This document shows, in pieces, positions 12,901 through 27,800 of a stretch of DNA of 64,000 nt (its first letter is position 1; each line of letters starts with the position of its first letter). This DNA is from Eledone cirrhosa. Its lineage: Eukaryota. The stretch covers positions 40,362,001 through 40,426,000 of the forward strand of contig OZ024744.1 in NCBI GenBank assembly GCA_964016885.1, read 5' to 3'. Below the pieces are notes generated by a model, which searched no databases, was not told the DNA's origin, and saw only the letters and a list, made by a program, of their open reading frames with translations. A program made the translations under genes and the position numbers.

Positions 12901-15900
12901 CTTTATTTACAAAGTCTAGCTTGTCTCAAGGTAATGGTAGTTTCCATCAACCCAGCTTTATTTACAAAGCCTAGCTTGACTCAAGGTAATGGTAGTTTCC
13001 ATCAGCCCAGCTTTATTTACAAAGTCTAGCATGTCTCAAGGTAATGGTAGTTTCCATCAACCCAGCTTTATTTACAATGCCTAGCTTGACCCAAGGTAAT
13101 AGTAATTTCCATCAACCAAGTTTTATTTACAAAGCCTAGCTTGACTCAAGGTAAGGGTAGGTTCCATCAACCCAGCTTTATTTACAAAGCCTAGCTTGAC
13201 TCAAGGTAATGGTAGTTTCCATCATCCCAGCTTTATTTACAATGCCTAGCTTGACTCAAGGTAATGGTAGTTTCCATCAACCTAGCTTTATTTACAAAGA
13301 CTAGCTTGACTCAAGGTAATGGTAGTTTCCATCAACCCAGCTTTATTTACAGAGCCTAGCTTGACTCAAGGTAATGGTAGTTTCCATCAACCTAGCTTTA
13401 TTTACAAAGACTAGCTTGACTCAAGGTAATGGTAGTTTCCATCAACCCAGCTTTATTTACAATGCCTAGCTTGAATCAAGGTAATGGTAGTTTCCATCAT
13501 CCCAGCTTTATTTACAATGCCTAGCTTGAATCAAGGTAATGGTAGTTTCCATCAACCCAGCTTTATTTACAAAGCCTAGCTTGACCCAAGGTAATGGTAG
13601 TTTCCATCAACCCAGCTTTATTTACAAAGCCTAGCTTGACCCAAGGTAATGGTAGTTTCCATCAACCCAGCTTTATTTACAAAGCCTAGCTTCACCGAAG
13701 GTAATGGTAGTTTCCATCAACCCAGCATTATTTACAAAGCCTAGCTTGACTCAAGGTAATGGTAGTTTCCATCAACCCAGCATTATTTACAAAGCCTAGC
13801 TTGACTCAAGGTAATCGTAGTTTCCATCAACCTAGCTTTATTTACAAAGCCTAGCTTGACTCAAGGTAATGGTAGTTTCCATCAACCCAGCTTTATTTAC
13901 AATGCCTAGCTTGAATCAAGGTAATGGTAGTTTCCATCAACCCAGCTTTATTTACAAAGCCTAGCTTGAACCAAGGTAATGGTAGTTTCCATCAACCCAG
14001 CTTTATTTACAAAGCCTAGCTTGACCCAAGGTAATGGTAGTTTCCATCAACCCAGCTTTATTTACAAAGCCTAGCTTGACCCAAGATAATGGTAGTTTCC
14101 ATCAACCCAGCTTTATTTACGATGCCTAGCTTGACTCAAGGTAATGGTAGTTTCCATCAACCCAGCTTTATTTACAAAGCCTAGCTTGACCCAAGGTAAT
14201 GGTAGTTTCCATCAACCCAGCTTTATTTACAAAGACTAGCTTGACTCAAGGTAATGGTAGTTTCAATCAACCCAGCTTTATTTACAAAGCCTTGCTTGAC
14301 CCAAGGTAATGGTAGTTTCCATCAACCCAGCATTATTTACAAAGCCTAGCTTGACACAAGGTAATGGTAGTTTCTATCAACCCAGCTTTATTTACAAAGC
14401 CTATCTTGACTCAAGGTAATGGTAGTTTCCATCAACCCAGCTTTATTTACAAAGCCTATCTTGACTCAAGGTAATGGTAGTTTCCATCAACCCAGCTTTA
14501 TTTACAAAGCCTATCTTGACTCAAGGTAATGGTAGTTTCCATCAACCCAGCTTTATTTACAAAGCCTATCTTGACTCAAGGTAATGGTAGTTTCCATCAA
14601 CCCAGCTTTATTTACAAAGCCTAGCTTGACCCAAGGTAATGGTAGTTTCCATCAACCCAGCTTTATTTACAAAGCCTAGCTTGACTCACGGTAATGGTAG
14701 TTTCCATCAACCCAGCTTTATTTACAAAGCCTAGCTTGACCCAAGTTAATGGTAGTTTCCATCAACCCAGCTTTATTTACAATGCCTAGCTTGACCCAAG
14801 GTAATAGTAATTTCCATCAACCAAGTTTTATTTACAAAGCCTAGCTTGACTCAAGGTAAGGGTAGGTTCCATCAACCCAGCTTTATTTACAAAGCCTAGC
14901 TTGACTCAAGGTAATGGTAGTTTCCATCAACCCAGCTTTATTTACAATGCCTAGCTTGAATCAAGGTAATGGTAGTTTCCATCAACCCAGCTTTATTTAC
15001 AAAGCCTAGCTTCACCGAAGGTAATGGTAGTTTCCATCAACCCAGCATTATTTACAAACCCTAGCTTGACTCAAGGTAATGGTAGTTTCCATCAACCCAG
15101 CTTTATATACAAAGCCTAGCTTGACTCAAGGTAATCGTAGTTTCCATCAACCTAGCTTTATTTACAAAGCCTAGCTTGACTCAAGGTAATCGTAGTTTCC
15201 ATCAACCCAGCATTATTTACAAAGCCTAGCTTGACTCAAGGTAATCGTAGTTTCCATCAACCTAGCTTTATTTACAAAGCCTAGCTTGACCCAAGGTAAT
15301 GGTAGTTTCCATCAACCCAGCTTTATTTACAATGCCTAGCATGACCCAAGGTAATGGTAGTTTCCATCAACCCAGCTTTATTTACAAAGCCTAGCTTGAC
15401 TCAAGGTAATGGTAGTTTACATCAACCCAGCTTTATTTACAAAGCCTAGCTTGACCCAAGGTAATGGTAGTTTCCATCAACCCAGCTTTATTTACAAAGC
15501 CTAGCTTGAACCAAGGTAATGGTAGTTTCCATCAACCCAGCTTTATTTACAAAGCCTAGCTTGACCCAAGGTAATGGTAGTTTCCATCAACCCAGCTTTA
15601 TTTACAAAGCCTAGCTTGACCCAAGGTAATGGTAGTTTCCATCAACCCAGCTTTATTTACAAAGCCTAGCTTGACTCAACGTAATGGTAGTTTCTATCAC
15701 CCCAGCTTTATTTACAAAGCCTAGCTTGACTCAAGGTAATGGTAGTTTCTCTCACCCCAGCTTTATTTACAATGCCTAGCATGACCCAAGGTAATGGTAA
15801 TTTCCATCAACCCAGCTTTATTTACAAAGCCTAGCTTGACCCACGGTAATGGTAGTTTCCATCAACCCAGCTTTATTTACAAAGCCTAGCTTGACTCAAG

Positions 15901-16064
15901 GTAATGGTAGTTTCTATCACCCCAGCTTTATTTACAATGCCTAGCATGACCCAAGGTAATGGTAATTTCCATCAACCCAGCTTTATTTACAAAGCCTAGC
16001 TTGACCCAAGGTAATGGTAGTTTCCATCAACCCAGCTTTATTTACAAAGCCTAGCTTGAACCAA
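6470..16064. repeat. Duplication with 92-monomer (5059-bp) offset: about 6470-11005 repeated at about 11530-16064
   Basis: AGTTTCGATC 7825/12884, CGATGCC 9061/14120, GCTTTATATAC 10041/15100 and TCTCACCCC 10691/15750; offset 5059 = 92x55 - 1. Confidence 0.92.
11006..12200. repeat. 12-monomer (660-bp) offset duplication at the junction of the 5059-bp duplication
   Basis: Lines 11041-11520 read identically to 11701-12180 (four CCTATCTTG monomers, CTCACGG, CCAAGTTAAT, AATAGTAAT, TAAGGGTAGG). Confidence 0.9.
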
Positions 16065-16635
16065 GTTAATGGTAGTTTCCATCAACCCAGCTTTATTTAC
16101 AAAGCCTAGCTTGACTCAAGGTAATGGTAGTTTCCATCAACCCAGCTTTACTTACAAAGCCTAGCTTGACCCGATGTAATGGTAGTTTCCATCAACCCAG
16201 GTTTATTTACAAAGCCTAGCATGACCCAAGGTAATGGTAGTTTCCATCAACCCAGCATTATTTACAAAGCCTAGCTTGACTCAAGGTAATGGTAGTTTCC
16301 ATCAACCCAGCATTATTTACAAAGCCTAGCTTGACTCAAGGTAATGGTAGTTTCCATCAACCCAGCATTATTTACAAAGCCTAGCTTGACCCAAGGTAAT
16401 GGTAGTTTCCATCAACCCAGCTTTATTTACAAAGCCTAGCTTGAACCAAGTTAATGGTAGTTTCCATCAACCCAGCTTTATTTACAAAGCCTAGCTTGAC
16501 TCAAGGTAATGGTAGTTTCCATCAACCCAGCTTTACTTACAAAGCCTAGCTTGACCCGATGTAATGGTAGTTTCCATCAACCCAGGATTATTTACAAAGC
16601 CTAGCTTGACTCAAGGTAATGGTAGTTTCCATCAA

Positions 16636-18781
16636 CCCAGCTTTATTTACAAAGCCTAGCTTGACTCAAGGTAATGGTAGTTTCCATCAACGCAGCTTTA
16701 TTTGTAAAGCCCTGCTTGACTCAAGGTAATGGTAGTTTCCATCAACCCAGCTTTATTTACAAAGCCTAGCTTGACTCAAGGTAATGGTAGTTTCCATCAA
16801 CCCAGCTTTATTTGTAAAGCCCTGCTTGACTCAAGGTAATGGTAGTTTCCATCAACCCAGATTTATTTGTAAAGCCCTGCTTGACTCAAGGTAATGGTAG
16901 TTTCCATCAACCCAGCTTTATTTACAAAGCCTAGCATGACTCAAGGTAATGGTAGTTTCCATCAACCCAGCTTTATTTACAAAGCCTAGCTTGACCCAAG
17001 GTAATGGTAATTTCCATCAACCCAGCTTTATTTACAAAGCCTAGATTGACCCAAGGTAATGGTAATTTACATCAACCCAGCTTTATTTACAAAGCCTAGC
17101 TTGACCCAAGGTAATGGTAGTTTCCATCAACGCAGCTTTATTTACAAAGCCTAGCTTGACTCAAGGTAATGGTAGTTTCCATCAACCCAGCTTTATTTAC
17201 AAAGCCTAGCTTGACTCACGGTAATGGTAGTTTCCATCAGCCCAGCTTTATTTACAAAGTCTAGCTTGTCTCAAGGTAATGGTAGTTTCCATCAACCCAG
17301 CTTTATTTACAAAGCCTAGTTTGACTCAAGGTAATGGTAGTTTCCATCAGCCCAGCTTTATTTACAAAGTCTAGCTTGTCTCAAGGTAATGGTAGTTTCC
17401 ATCAACCCAGCTTTATTTACAATGCCTAGCTTGACCCAAGGTAATAGTAATTTCCATCAACCAAGTTTTATTTACAAAGCCTAGCTTGACTCAAGGTAAG
17501 GGTAGTTTCCATCAACCCAGCTTTATTTACAAAGCCTAGCTTGACTCAAGGTAATGGTAGTTTCCATCAACCCAGCTTTATTTACAATGCCTAGCTTGAA
17601 TCAAGGTAATGGTAGTTTCCATCATCCCAGCTTTATTTACAAAGCCTTGCTTGAATCAAGGTAATGGTAGTTTCCATCATCCCAGCTTTATTTACAAAGC
17701 CTAGCTTGACTCAAGGTAATGGTAGTTTCCATCAACGCAGCTTTATTTGTAAAGCCCTGCTTGACTCAAGGTAATGGTAGTTTCCATCAACCCAGCTTTA
17801 TTTACAAAGCCTAGCTTGACTCAAGGTAATGGTAGTTTCCATCAACCCAGCTTTATTTGTAAAGCCCTGCTTGACTCAAGGTAATGGTAGTTTCCATCAA
17901 CCCAGATTTATTTGTAAAGCCCTGCTTGACTCAAGGTAATGGTAGTTTCCATCAACCCAGCTTTATTTACAAAGCCTAGCATGACTCAAGGTAATGGTAG
18001 TTTCCATCAACCCAGCTTTATTTACAAAGCCTAGCTTGACCCAAGGTAATGGTAATTTCCATCAACCCAGCTTTATTTACAAAGCCTAGATTGACCCAAG
18101 GTAATGGTAATTTACATCAACCCAGCTTTATTTACAAAGCCTAGCTTGACCCAAGGTAATGGTAGTTTCCATCAACGCAGCTTTATTTACAAAGCCTAGC
18201 TTGACTCAAGGTAATGGTAGTTTCCATCAACCCAGCTTTATTTACAAAGCCTAGCTTGACTCACGGTAATGGTAGTTTCCATCATCCCAGCTTTATTTAC
18301 AAAGTCTAGCTTGTCTCAAGGTAATGGTAGTTTCCATCAACCCAGCTTTATTTACAAAGCCTAGTTTGACTCAAGGTAATGGTAGTTTCCATCAGCCCAG
18401 CTTTATTTACAAAGTCTAGCTTGTCTCAAGGTAATGGTAGTTTCCATCAACCCAGCTTTATTTACAATGCCTAGCTTGACCCAAGGTAATAGTAATTTCC
18501 ATCAACCAAGTTTTATTTACAAAGCCTAGCTTGACTCAAGGTAAGGGTAGTTTCCATCAACCCAGCTTTATTTACAAAGCCTAGCTTGACTCAAGGTAAT
18601 GGTAGTTTCCATCAACCCAGCTTTATTTACAATGCCTAGCTTGAATCAAGGTAATGGTAGTTTCCATCATCCCAGCTTTATTTACAAAGCCTTGCTTGAA
18701 TCAAGGTAATGGTAGTTTCCATCATCCCAGCTTTATTTACAAAGCCTAGCTTGACTCAAGGTAATGGTAGTTTCCATCAAC
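16636..18781. repeat. Tandem duplication of a 19-monomer (1045-bp) unit
   Basis: CGCAGCTTTATTTGTAAAGCCCTG at 16691/17736, CTAGATTGAC at 17041/18086 and TAAGGGTAGT at 17497/18542. Confidence 0.9.
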
Positions 18782-18890
18782 CCAGCTTTATTTACAATGC
18801 CTAGCTTGAATCAAGGTAATGGTAGTTTCCATCATCCCAGCTTTATTTACAAAGCCTTGCTTGAATCAAGGTAATGGTAGTTTCCATCAT

Positions 18891-21800
18891 CCCAGCTTTA
18901 TTTACAAAGCCTAGCTTGAATCAAGGTAATGGTAGTTTCCATCATCCCAGCTTTATTTACAAAGCCTTGCTTGAATCAAGGTAATGGTAGTTTCCATCAT
19001 CCCAGCTTTATTTACAAAGCCTAGCTTGAATCAAGGTAATGGTAGTTTCCATCAACGCAGCTTTATTTACAATGCCTAGCATGACCCAAGGTAATGGTAG
19101 TTTCCATCATCCCAGCTTTATTTACAAAGCCTAGCTTGACTCAAGGTAATGGTAGTTTCCATCAACCCAGCTTTATTTACAAAGCCTAGCTTGAATCAAG
19201 GTAATGGAAGTTTCCATCAACGCAGCTTTATTTACAATGCCTAGCATGACCCAAGGTAATGGTAATTTCCATCAACCCAGCTTTATTTACAAAGCCTAGC
19301 TTGACCCAAGGTAATGGTAGTTTCCATCAACCCAGCTTTATTTACAAAGCCTAGCTTGAACCAAGTTAATGGTAGTTTCCATCAACCCAGCTTTATTTAC
19401 AAAGCCTAGCTTGACTCAAGGTAATGGTAGTTTCCATCAACCCAGCTTTATTTACAAAGCCTAGCTTGACCCAAGGTAATGGTAGTTTCCATCAACCCAG
19501 CTTTATTTACAAAGAAAAGCTTGAACCAAGGTAATGGTAGTTTCCATCAACCCAGCTTTATTTACAAAGCCTAGCTTGACCCATGGTAATGGTAGTTTCC
19601 ATGAACCCAGCTTTATTTACAGAGCCTAGCTTGACTCAAGGTAATGGTAGTTTCCATCAACCCAGCATTATTTACAAAGCCTAGCTTGACCCGAGGTAAT
19701 GGTAGTTTCCATCAACCCAGCTTTATTTACAAACCTAGCTTGACCCAAGGTAATGGTAGTTTACATCAACCCAGCTTTATTTACAAAGCCTAGCTTGACC
19801 CGAGGTAATGGTAGTTTCCATCAATCCAGCTTTATTTACAAACCTAGCTTGACCCAAGGTAATGGTAGTTTCCATCAACCCAGCTTTATTTACAAAGCCT
19901 AGCTTGATTCAAGGTAATGGTAGTTTTCATCAACCCAGCTTTATTTACAAAGCCTTGCTTGACCCAATGTAATGGTAGTTTCCATCAACCCAGGTTTATT
20001 TACAGAGCCTAGCATGACCCAAGGTAATGGTAGTTTCCATCAACCCAGCTTTATTTACAAAGCCTAGCCTGACTCAAGGTAATGGTAGTTTACATCAACC
20101 CAGCTTTATTTACAAAGCCTAGCTTGACCCGAGCTAATGGTAGTTTCCATCAACCCAGCTTTATTTACAAAGCCTAGCTTGACCCAAGGTAATGGTAGTT
20201 TCCATCAACCCAGCTTTATTTACAAAGCCTAGCTTGACACAAGGTAATGGTAGTTTCCATCAACCCAGCTTTATTTACAAAGCCTATCTTGACTCAAGGT
20301 AATGGTAGTTTCCATCAACCCAGCTTTATTTACAAAGCCTAGCTTGACTCAAGGTAATGGTAGTTTCCATCAACCCAGCTTTATTTACAATGCCTAGCTT
20401 GAATCAAGGTAATGGTAGTTTCCATCATCCCAGCTTTATTTACAAAGCCTAGCTTCACCGAAGGTAATGGTAGTTTCCATCAACCCAGCATTATTTACAA
20501 ACCCTAGCTTGACTCAAGGTAATGGTAGTTTCCATCAACCCAGCATTATTTACAAAGCCTAGCTTGACTCAAGGTAATGTTAGTTTCCATCAACCCAGCT
20601 TTATTTACAAAGTCTAGCTTGACTCAAGGTAATGGTAGTTTCCATCAACCCAGCTTTATTTACAAAGCCTAGCTTGACCCAAGGTAATGGTAGTTTCCAT
20701 CAACCCAGCTTTATTTACAAAGCTTAGCTTGACCCAAGGTAATGGTAGTTTCCATCAACCCAGCTTTATTTACAAAGCCTAGCTTGACCCAAGGTAATGG
20801 TAGTTTCCATCAACCCAGCTTTATTTACAAAGCCTAGCTTGAACCAAGGTAATGGTAGTTTCCATCAACCCAGCTTTATTTACAAAGCCTAGCTTGACCC
20901 AAGGTAATGGTAGTTTCCATCAACCCAGCTTTATTTACAAAGCCTAGCTTGACCCAAGGTAATGGTAGTTTCCATCAACCCAGCTTTATTTACAAAGCCT
21001 AGCTTGACCCAAGGTAATGGTAGTTTCCATCAATCCAGCTTTATTTACAAAGCCTAGCTTGACCCAAGGTAATGGTAGTTTCCATCAACCCAGCTTTATT
21101 TACAAAGCCTAGCTTGACCCAAGGTAATGGTAGTTTCCATCAACCCAGGTTTATTTATAAAGCCTAGCTTGTCTCAAAGTAATGGTAGTTTCCATCAACC
21201 CAGCATTATTTACAAAGCCTAGCTTGACCCAAGGTAATGGTAGTTTCCATCAACCCAGCTTTATTTACAAAGCCTAGCTTGACCCAAGGTAATGGTAGTT
21301 TCCATCAACCCAGCTTTATTTACAAAGCCTAGCTTGACCCAAGGTAATGGTAGTTTCTATCACCCCAGCTTTATTTACAATGCCTAGCATGACCCAAGGT
21401 AATGGTAATTTCCATCAACCCAGCTTTATTTACAAAGCCTAGCTTGACCCACGGTAATGGTAGTTTCCATCAACCCAGCTTTATTTACAAAGCCTAGCTT
21501 GACTCAAGGTAATGGTAGTTTCTATCACCCCAGCTTTATTTACAATGCCTAGCATGACCCAAGGTAATGGTAATTTCCATCAACCCAGCTTTATTTACAA
21601 AGCCTAGCTTGACCCAAGGTAATGGTAGTTTCCATCAACCCAGCTTTATTTACAAAGCCTAGCTTGAACCAAGTTAATGGTAGTTTCCATCAACCCAGCT
21701 TTATTTACAAAGCCTAGCTTGACTCAAGGTAATGGTAGTTTCCATCAACCCAGCTTTATTTACAATGCCTAGCTTGAACCAAGGTAATGGTAGTTTCCAT

Positions 21801-24800
21801 CAACGCAGCTTTATTTACAAAGCCTAGCTTGACCCAAGGTAATGGTAGTTTCCATCAACCCAGCTTTATTTACAAAGCCTAGCTTGACCCAAGGTAATGG
21901 TAGTTTCCATCAACCCAGCTTTATTTACAAAGCCTAGCTTGAACCAAGGTAATGGTAGTTTCCATCAACCCAGCTTTATTTGTAAAGCCCTGCTTGACTC
22001 AAGGTAATGGTAGTTTCCATCAACCCAGCTTTATTTACAAAGCCTAGCTTGAATCAAGGTAATGGTATTTTCCTTCAACCCAGCTTTATTTACAAAGTCT
22101 AGCTTGTCTCAAGGTAATGGTAGTTTCCATCAACCCAGCTTTATTTACAAAGCCTAGCTTTACTCAAGGTAACGGTAGTTTCCATCAGCCCAGCTTTATT
22201 TACAAAATCTAACTTGTCTCAAGGTAATGGTAGTTTCCATCAACCCAGTTTATTTACAATGCCTAGCTTGACCCAAGGTAATAGTAATTTCCATCAACCC
22301 AGCTTTATTTACAAAGCCTAGCTTGACCCAAGGTAATGGTAGTTTCCATCAACCCAGCTTTATTTACAAAGCCTAGCCTGACCCAAGGTAATGGTAGTTT
22401 CCATCAACCCAGCTTTATTTACAGAGCCTAGCTTGACTCAAGGTAATGGTAGTTTCCATCAACCCAGCATTATTTACAAAGCCTAGCTTGACTCAAGGTA
22501 ATCGTTGTTTCCATCAACCCAGCTTTATTTACAAAGCCTAGCTTGACTCAAGGTAATGGTAGTTTCCATCAACCCAGCTTTATTTACAAAGCCTAGCTTG
22601 ACCCAAGGTAATGGTAGTTTCCATCAACCCAGCTTTATTTACAAAGCCTAGCTTGACCCATGGTAATGGTAGTTTCCATGAAGCCAGCTTTATTTACAGA
22701 GCCTAGCTTGACTCAAGGTAATGGTAGTTTCCATCAACCCAGCATTATTTACAAAGCCTAGCTTGACCCGAGGTAATGGTAGTTTCCATCAACCCAGCTT
22801 TATTTACAAACCTAGCTTGACCCAAGGTAATGGTAGTTTACATCAACCCAGCTTTATTTACAAAGCCTAGCTTGACCCGAGGTAATGGTAGTTTCCATCA
22901 ACCCAGCTTTATTTACAAACCTAGCTTGACCCAAGGTAATGGTAGTTTCCATCAACCCAGCTTTATTTACAAAGCCTAGCTTGATTCAAGGTATTGGTAG
23001 TTTTCATCAACCCAGCTTTATTTACAAAGCCTTGCTTGACCCAATGTAATGGTAGTTTCCATCAACCCAGGTTTATTTACAGAGCCTAGCATGACCCAAG
23101 GTAATGGTAGTTTCCATCAACCCAGCTTTATTTACAAAGCCTAGCCTGACTCAAGGTAATGGTAGTTTACATCAACCCAGCTTTATTTACAAAGCCTAGC
23201 TTGACCCGAGCTAATGGTAGTTTCCATCAACCCAGCTTTATTTACAAAGCCTAGCTTGACCCAAGGTAATGGTAGTTTCCATCAACCCAGCTTTATTTAC
23301 AAAGCCTAGCTTGACACAAGGTAATGGTAGTTTCCATCAACCCAGCTTTATTTACAAAGCCTATCTTGACTCAAGGTAATGGTAGTTTCCATCAACCCAG
23401 CTTTATTTACAAAGCCTAGCTTGACTCAAGGTAATGGTAGTTTCCATCAACCCAGCTTTATTTACAAAGCCTAGCTTGACCCAAGGTAATGGTAGTTTCC
23501 ATCAACCCAGCTTTATTTACAAAGCCTAGCTTGACCCAAGGTAATGGTAGTTTCCATCAACCCAGGTTTATTTACAAAGCCTAGCTTGTCTTAAAGTAAT
23601 GGTAGTTTCCATCAACCCAGCTTTATTTACAAAGCCTAGCTTGACTCAAGGTAATGGTAGTTTCTATCACCCCAGCTTTATTTACAAAGCCTAGCTTGAC
23701 TCAAGGTAATGGTAGTTTCTATCACCCCAGCTTTATTTACAATGCCTAGCATGACCCAAGGTAATGGTAATTTCCATCAACCCAGCTTTATTTACAAAGC
23801 CTAGCTTGACCCACGGTAATGGTAGTTTCCATCAACCCAGCTTTATTTACAAAGCCTAGCTTGACTCAAGGTAATGGTAGTTTCTATCACCCCAGCTTTA
23901 TTTACAATGCCTAGCATGACCCAAGGTAATGGTAATTTCCATCAACCCAGCTTTATTTACAAAGCCTAGCTTGACCCAAGGTAATGGTAGTTTCCATCAA
24001 CCCAGCTTTATTTACAAAGCCTAGCTTGAACCAAGTTAATGGTAGTTTCCATCAACCCAGCTTTATTTACAAAGCCTAGCTTGACTCAAGGTAATGGTAG
24101 TTTCCATCAACCCAGCTTTACTTACAAAGCCTAGCTTGACCCGATGTAATGGTAGTTTCCATCAACCCAGCTTTATTTACAAAGCCTAGCTTGACCCGAG
24201 GTAATGGTAGTTTCCATCAACCCAGGTTTATTTACAAAGCCTAGCATGACCCAAGGTAATGGTAGTTTCCATCAACCCAGCTTTATTTACAAAGCCTAGC
24301 TTGACCCAAGGTAATGGTAATTTCCATCAACCCAGCTTTATTTACAAAGCCTAGCTTGACCCAAGGTAATGGTAGTTTCCATCAACCCAGCTTTATTTAC
24401 AAAGAAAAGCTTGACCCAAGGTAATGGTAGTTTCCATCAACGCAGCTTTATTTACAAAGCCTAGCTTGACCCAAGGTAATGGTAGTTTCCATCAACCCAG
24501 CTTTATTTACAAAGCCTAGCTTGATCCAAGGTAATGGTAGTTTCCATCAACCCAGCTTTATTTACAAAGCCTAGCTTGACCCAAGGTAATGGTAGTTTCC
24601 ATCAACCCAGCTTTATTTACAAAGCCTAGCTTGACCCAAGGTAATGGTAGTTTCCATCAACCCAGCTTTATTTACAAAGCCTAGCTTGACCCAAGGTAAT
24701 GGTAGTTTCCATCAACCCAGCTTTATTTACAAAGCCTAGCTTGACCCAAGGTAATGGTAGTTTCCATCAACCCAGCTTTATTTACAAAGCCTAGCTTGAT

Positions 24801-27800
24801 CCAAGGTAATGGTAGTTTCCATCAACCCAGCTTTATTTACAAAGCCTAGCTTGACCCAAGGTAATGGTAGTTTCCATCAACCCAGCTTTATTTACAAAGC
24901 CTAGCTTGACCCAAGGTAATGGTAGTTTCCATCAACCCAGCTTTATTTACAAAGCCTAGCTTGACCCAAGGTAATGGTAGTTTCCATCAACCCAGCTTTA
25001 TTTACAAAGCCTAGCTTGACCCAAGGTAATGGTAGTTTCCATCAACCCAGCTTTATTTACAAAGCCTAGCTTGAATCAAGGTAATGGTAGTTTCCATCAT
25101 CCCAGCTTTATTTACAAAGCCTTGCTTGAATCAAGGTAATGGTAGTTTCCATCATCCCAGCTTTATTTACAAAGCCTAGCTTGAATCAAGGTAATGGTAG
25201 TTTCCATCAACGCAGCTTTATTTACAATGCCTAGCATGACCCAAGGTAATGGTAGTTTCCATCATCCCAGCTTTATTTACAAAGCCTAGCTTGACTCAAG
25301 GTAATGGTAGTTTCCATCAACCCAGCTTTATTTACAAAGCCTAGCTTGAATCAAGGTAATGGAAGTTTCCATCAACGCAGCTTTATTTACAATGCCTAGC
25401 ATGACCCAAGGTAATGGTAATTTCCATCAACCCAGCTTTATTTACAAAGCCTAGCTTGACCCAAGGTAATGGTAGTTTCCATCAACCCAGCTTTATTTAC
25501 AAAGCCTAGCTTGAACCAAGTTAATGGTAGTTTCCATCAACCCAGCTTTATTTACAAAGCCTAGCTTGACTCAAGGTAATGGTAGTTTCCATCAACCCAG
25601 CTTTATTTACAAAGCCTAGCTTGACCCAAGGTAATGGTAGTTTCCATCAACCCAGCTTTATTTACAAAGAAAAGCTTGAACCAAGGTAATGGTAGTTTCC
25701 ATCAACCCAGCTTTATTTACAAAGCCTAGCTTGACCCATGGTAATGGTAGTTTCCATGAACCCAGCTTTATTTACAGAGCCTAGCTTGACTCAAGGTAAT
25801 GGTAGTTTCCATCAACCCAGCATTATTTACAAAGCCTAGCTTGACCCGAGGTAATGGTAGTTTCCATCAACCCAGCTTTATTTACAAACCTAGCTTGACC
25901 CAAGGTAATGGTAGTTTACATCAACCCAGCTTTATTTACAAAGCCTAGCTTGACCCGAGGTAATGGTAGTTTCCATCAATCCAGCTTTATTTACAAACCT
26001 AGCTTGACCCAAGGTAATGGTAGTTTCCATCAACCCAGCTTTATTTACAAAGCCTAGCTTGATTCAAGGTAATGGTAGTTTTCATCAACCCAGCTTTATT
26101 TACAAAGCCTTGCTTGACCCAATGTAATGGTAGTTTCCATCAACCCAGGTTTATTTACAGAGCCTAGCATGACCCAAGGTAATGGTAGTTTCCATCAACC
26201 CAGCTTTATTTACAAAGCCTAGCCTGACTCAAGGTAATGGTAGTTTACATCAACCCAGCTTTATTTACAAAGCCTAGCTTGACCCGAGCTAATGGTAGTT
26301 TCCATCAACCCAGCTTTATTTACAAAGCCTAGCTTGACCCAAGGTAATGGTAGTTTCCATCAACCCAGCTTTATTTACAAAGCCTAGCTTGACACAAGGT
26401 AATGGTAGTTTCCATCAACCCAGCTTTATTTACAAAGCCTATCTTGACTCAAGGTAATGGTAGTTTCCATCAACCCAGCTTTATTTACAAAGCCTAGCTT
26501 GACTCAAGGTAATGGTAGTTTCCATCAACCCAGCTTTATTTACAATGCCTAGCTTGAATCAAGGTAATGGTAGTTTCCATCATCCCAGCTTTATTTACAA
26601 AGCCTAGCTTCACCGAAGGTAATGGTAGTTTCCATCAACCCAGCATTATTTACAAACCCTAGCTTGACTCAAGGTAATGGTAGTTTCCATCAACCCAGCA
26701 TTATTTACAAAGCCTAGCTTGACTCAAGGTAATGTTAGTTTCCATCAACCCAGCTTTATTTACAAAGTCTAGCTTGACTCAAGGTAATGGTAGTTTCCAT
26801 CAACCCAGCTTTATTTACAAAGCCTAGCTTGACCCAAGGTAATGGTAGTTTCCATCAACCCAGCTTTATTTACAAAGCTTAGCTTGACCCAAGGTAATGG
26901 TAGTTTCCATCAACCCAGCTTTATTTACAAAGCCTAGCTTGACCCAAGGTAATGGTAGTTTCCATCAACCCAGCTTTATTTACAAAGCCTAGCTTGAACC
27001 AAGGTAATGGTAGTTTCCATCAACCCAGCTTTATTTACAAAGCCTAGCTTGACCCAAGGTAATGGTAGTTTCCATCAACCCAGCTTTATTTACAAAGCCT
27101 AGCTTGACCCAAGGTAATGGTAGTTTCCATCAACCCAGCTTTATTTACAAAGCCTAGCTTGACCCAAGGTAATGGTAGTTTCCATCAATCCAGCTTTATT
27201 TACAAAGCCTAGCTTGACCCAAGGTAATGGTAGTTTCCATCAACCCAGCTTTATTTACAAAGCCTAGCTTGACCCAAGGTAATGGTAGTTTCCATCAACC
27301 CAGGTTTATTTATAAAGCCTAGCTTGTCTCAAAGTAATGGTAGTTTCCATCAACCCAGCATTATTTACAAAGCCTAGCTTGACCCAAGGTAATGGTAGTT
27401 TCCATCAACCCAGCTTTATTTACAAAGCCTAGCTTGACCCAAGGTAATGGTAGTTTCCATCAACCCAGCTTTATTTACAAAGCCTAGCTTGACCCAAGGT
27501 AATGGTAGTTTCTATCACCCCAGCTTTATTTACAATGCCTAGCATGACCCAAGGTAATGGTAATTTCCATCAACCCAGCTTTATTTACAAAGCCTAGCTT
27601 GACCCACGGTAATGGTAGTTTCCATCAACCCAGCTTTATTTACAAAGCCTAGCTTGACTCAAGGTAATGGTAGTTTCTATCACCCCAGCTTTATTTACAA
27701 TGCCTAGCATGACCCAAGGTAATGGTAATTTCCATCAACCCAGCTTTATTTACAAAGCCTAGCTTGACCCAAGGTAATGGTAGTTTCCATCAACCCAGCT

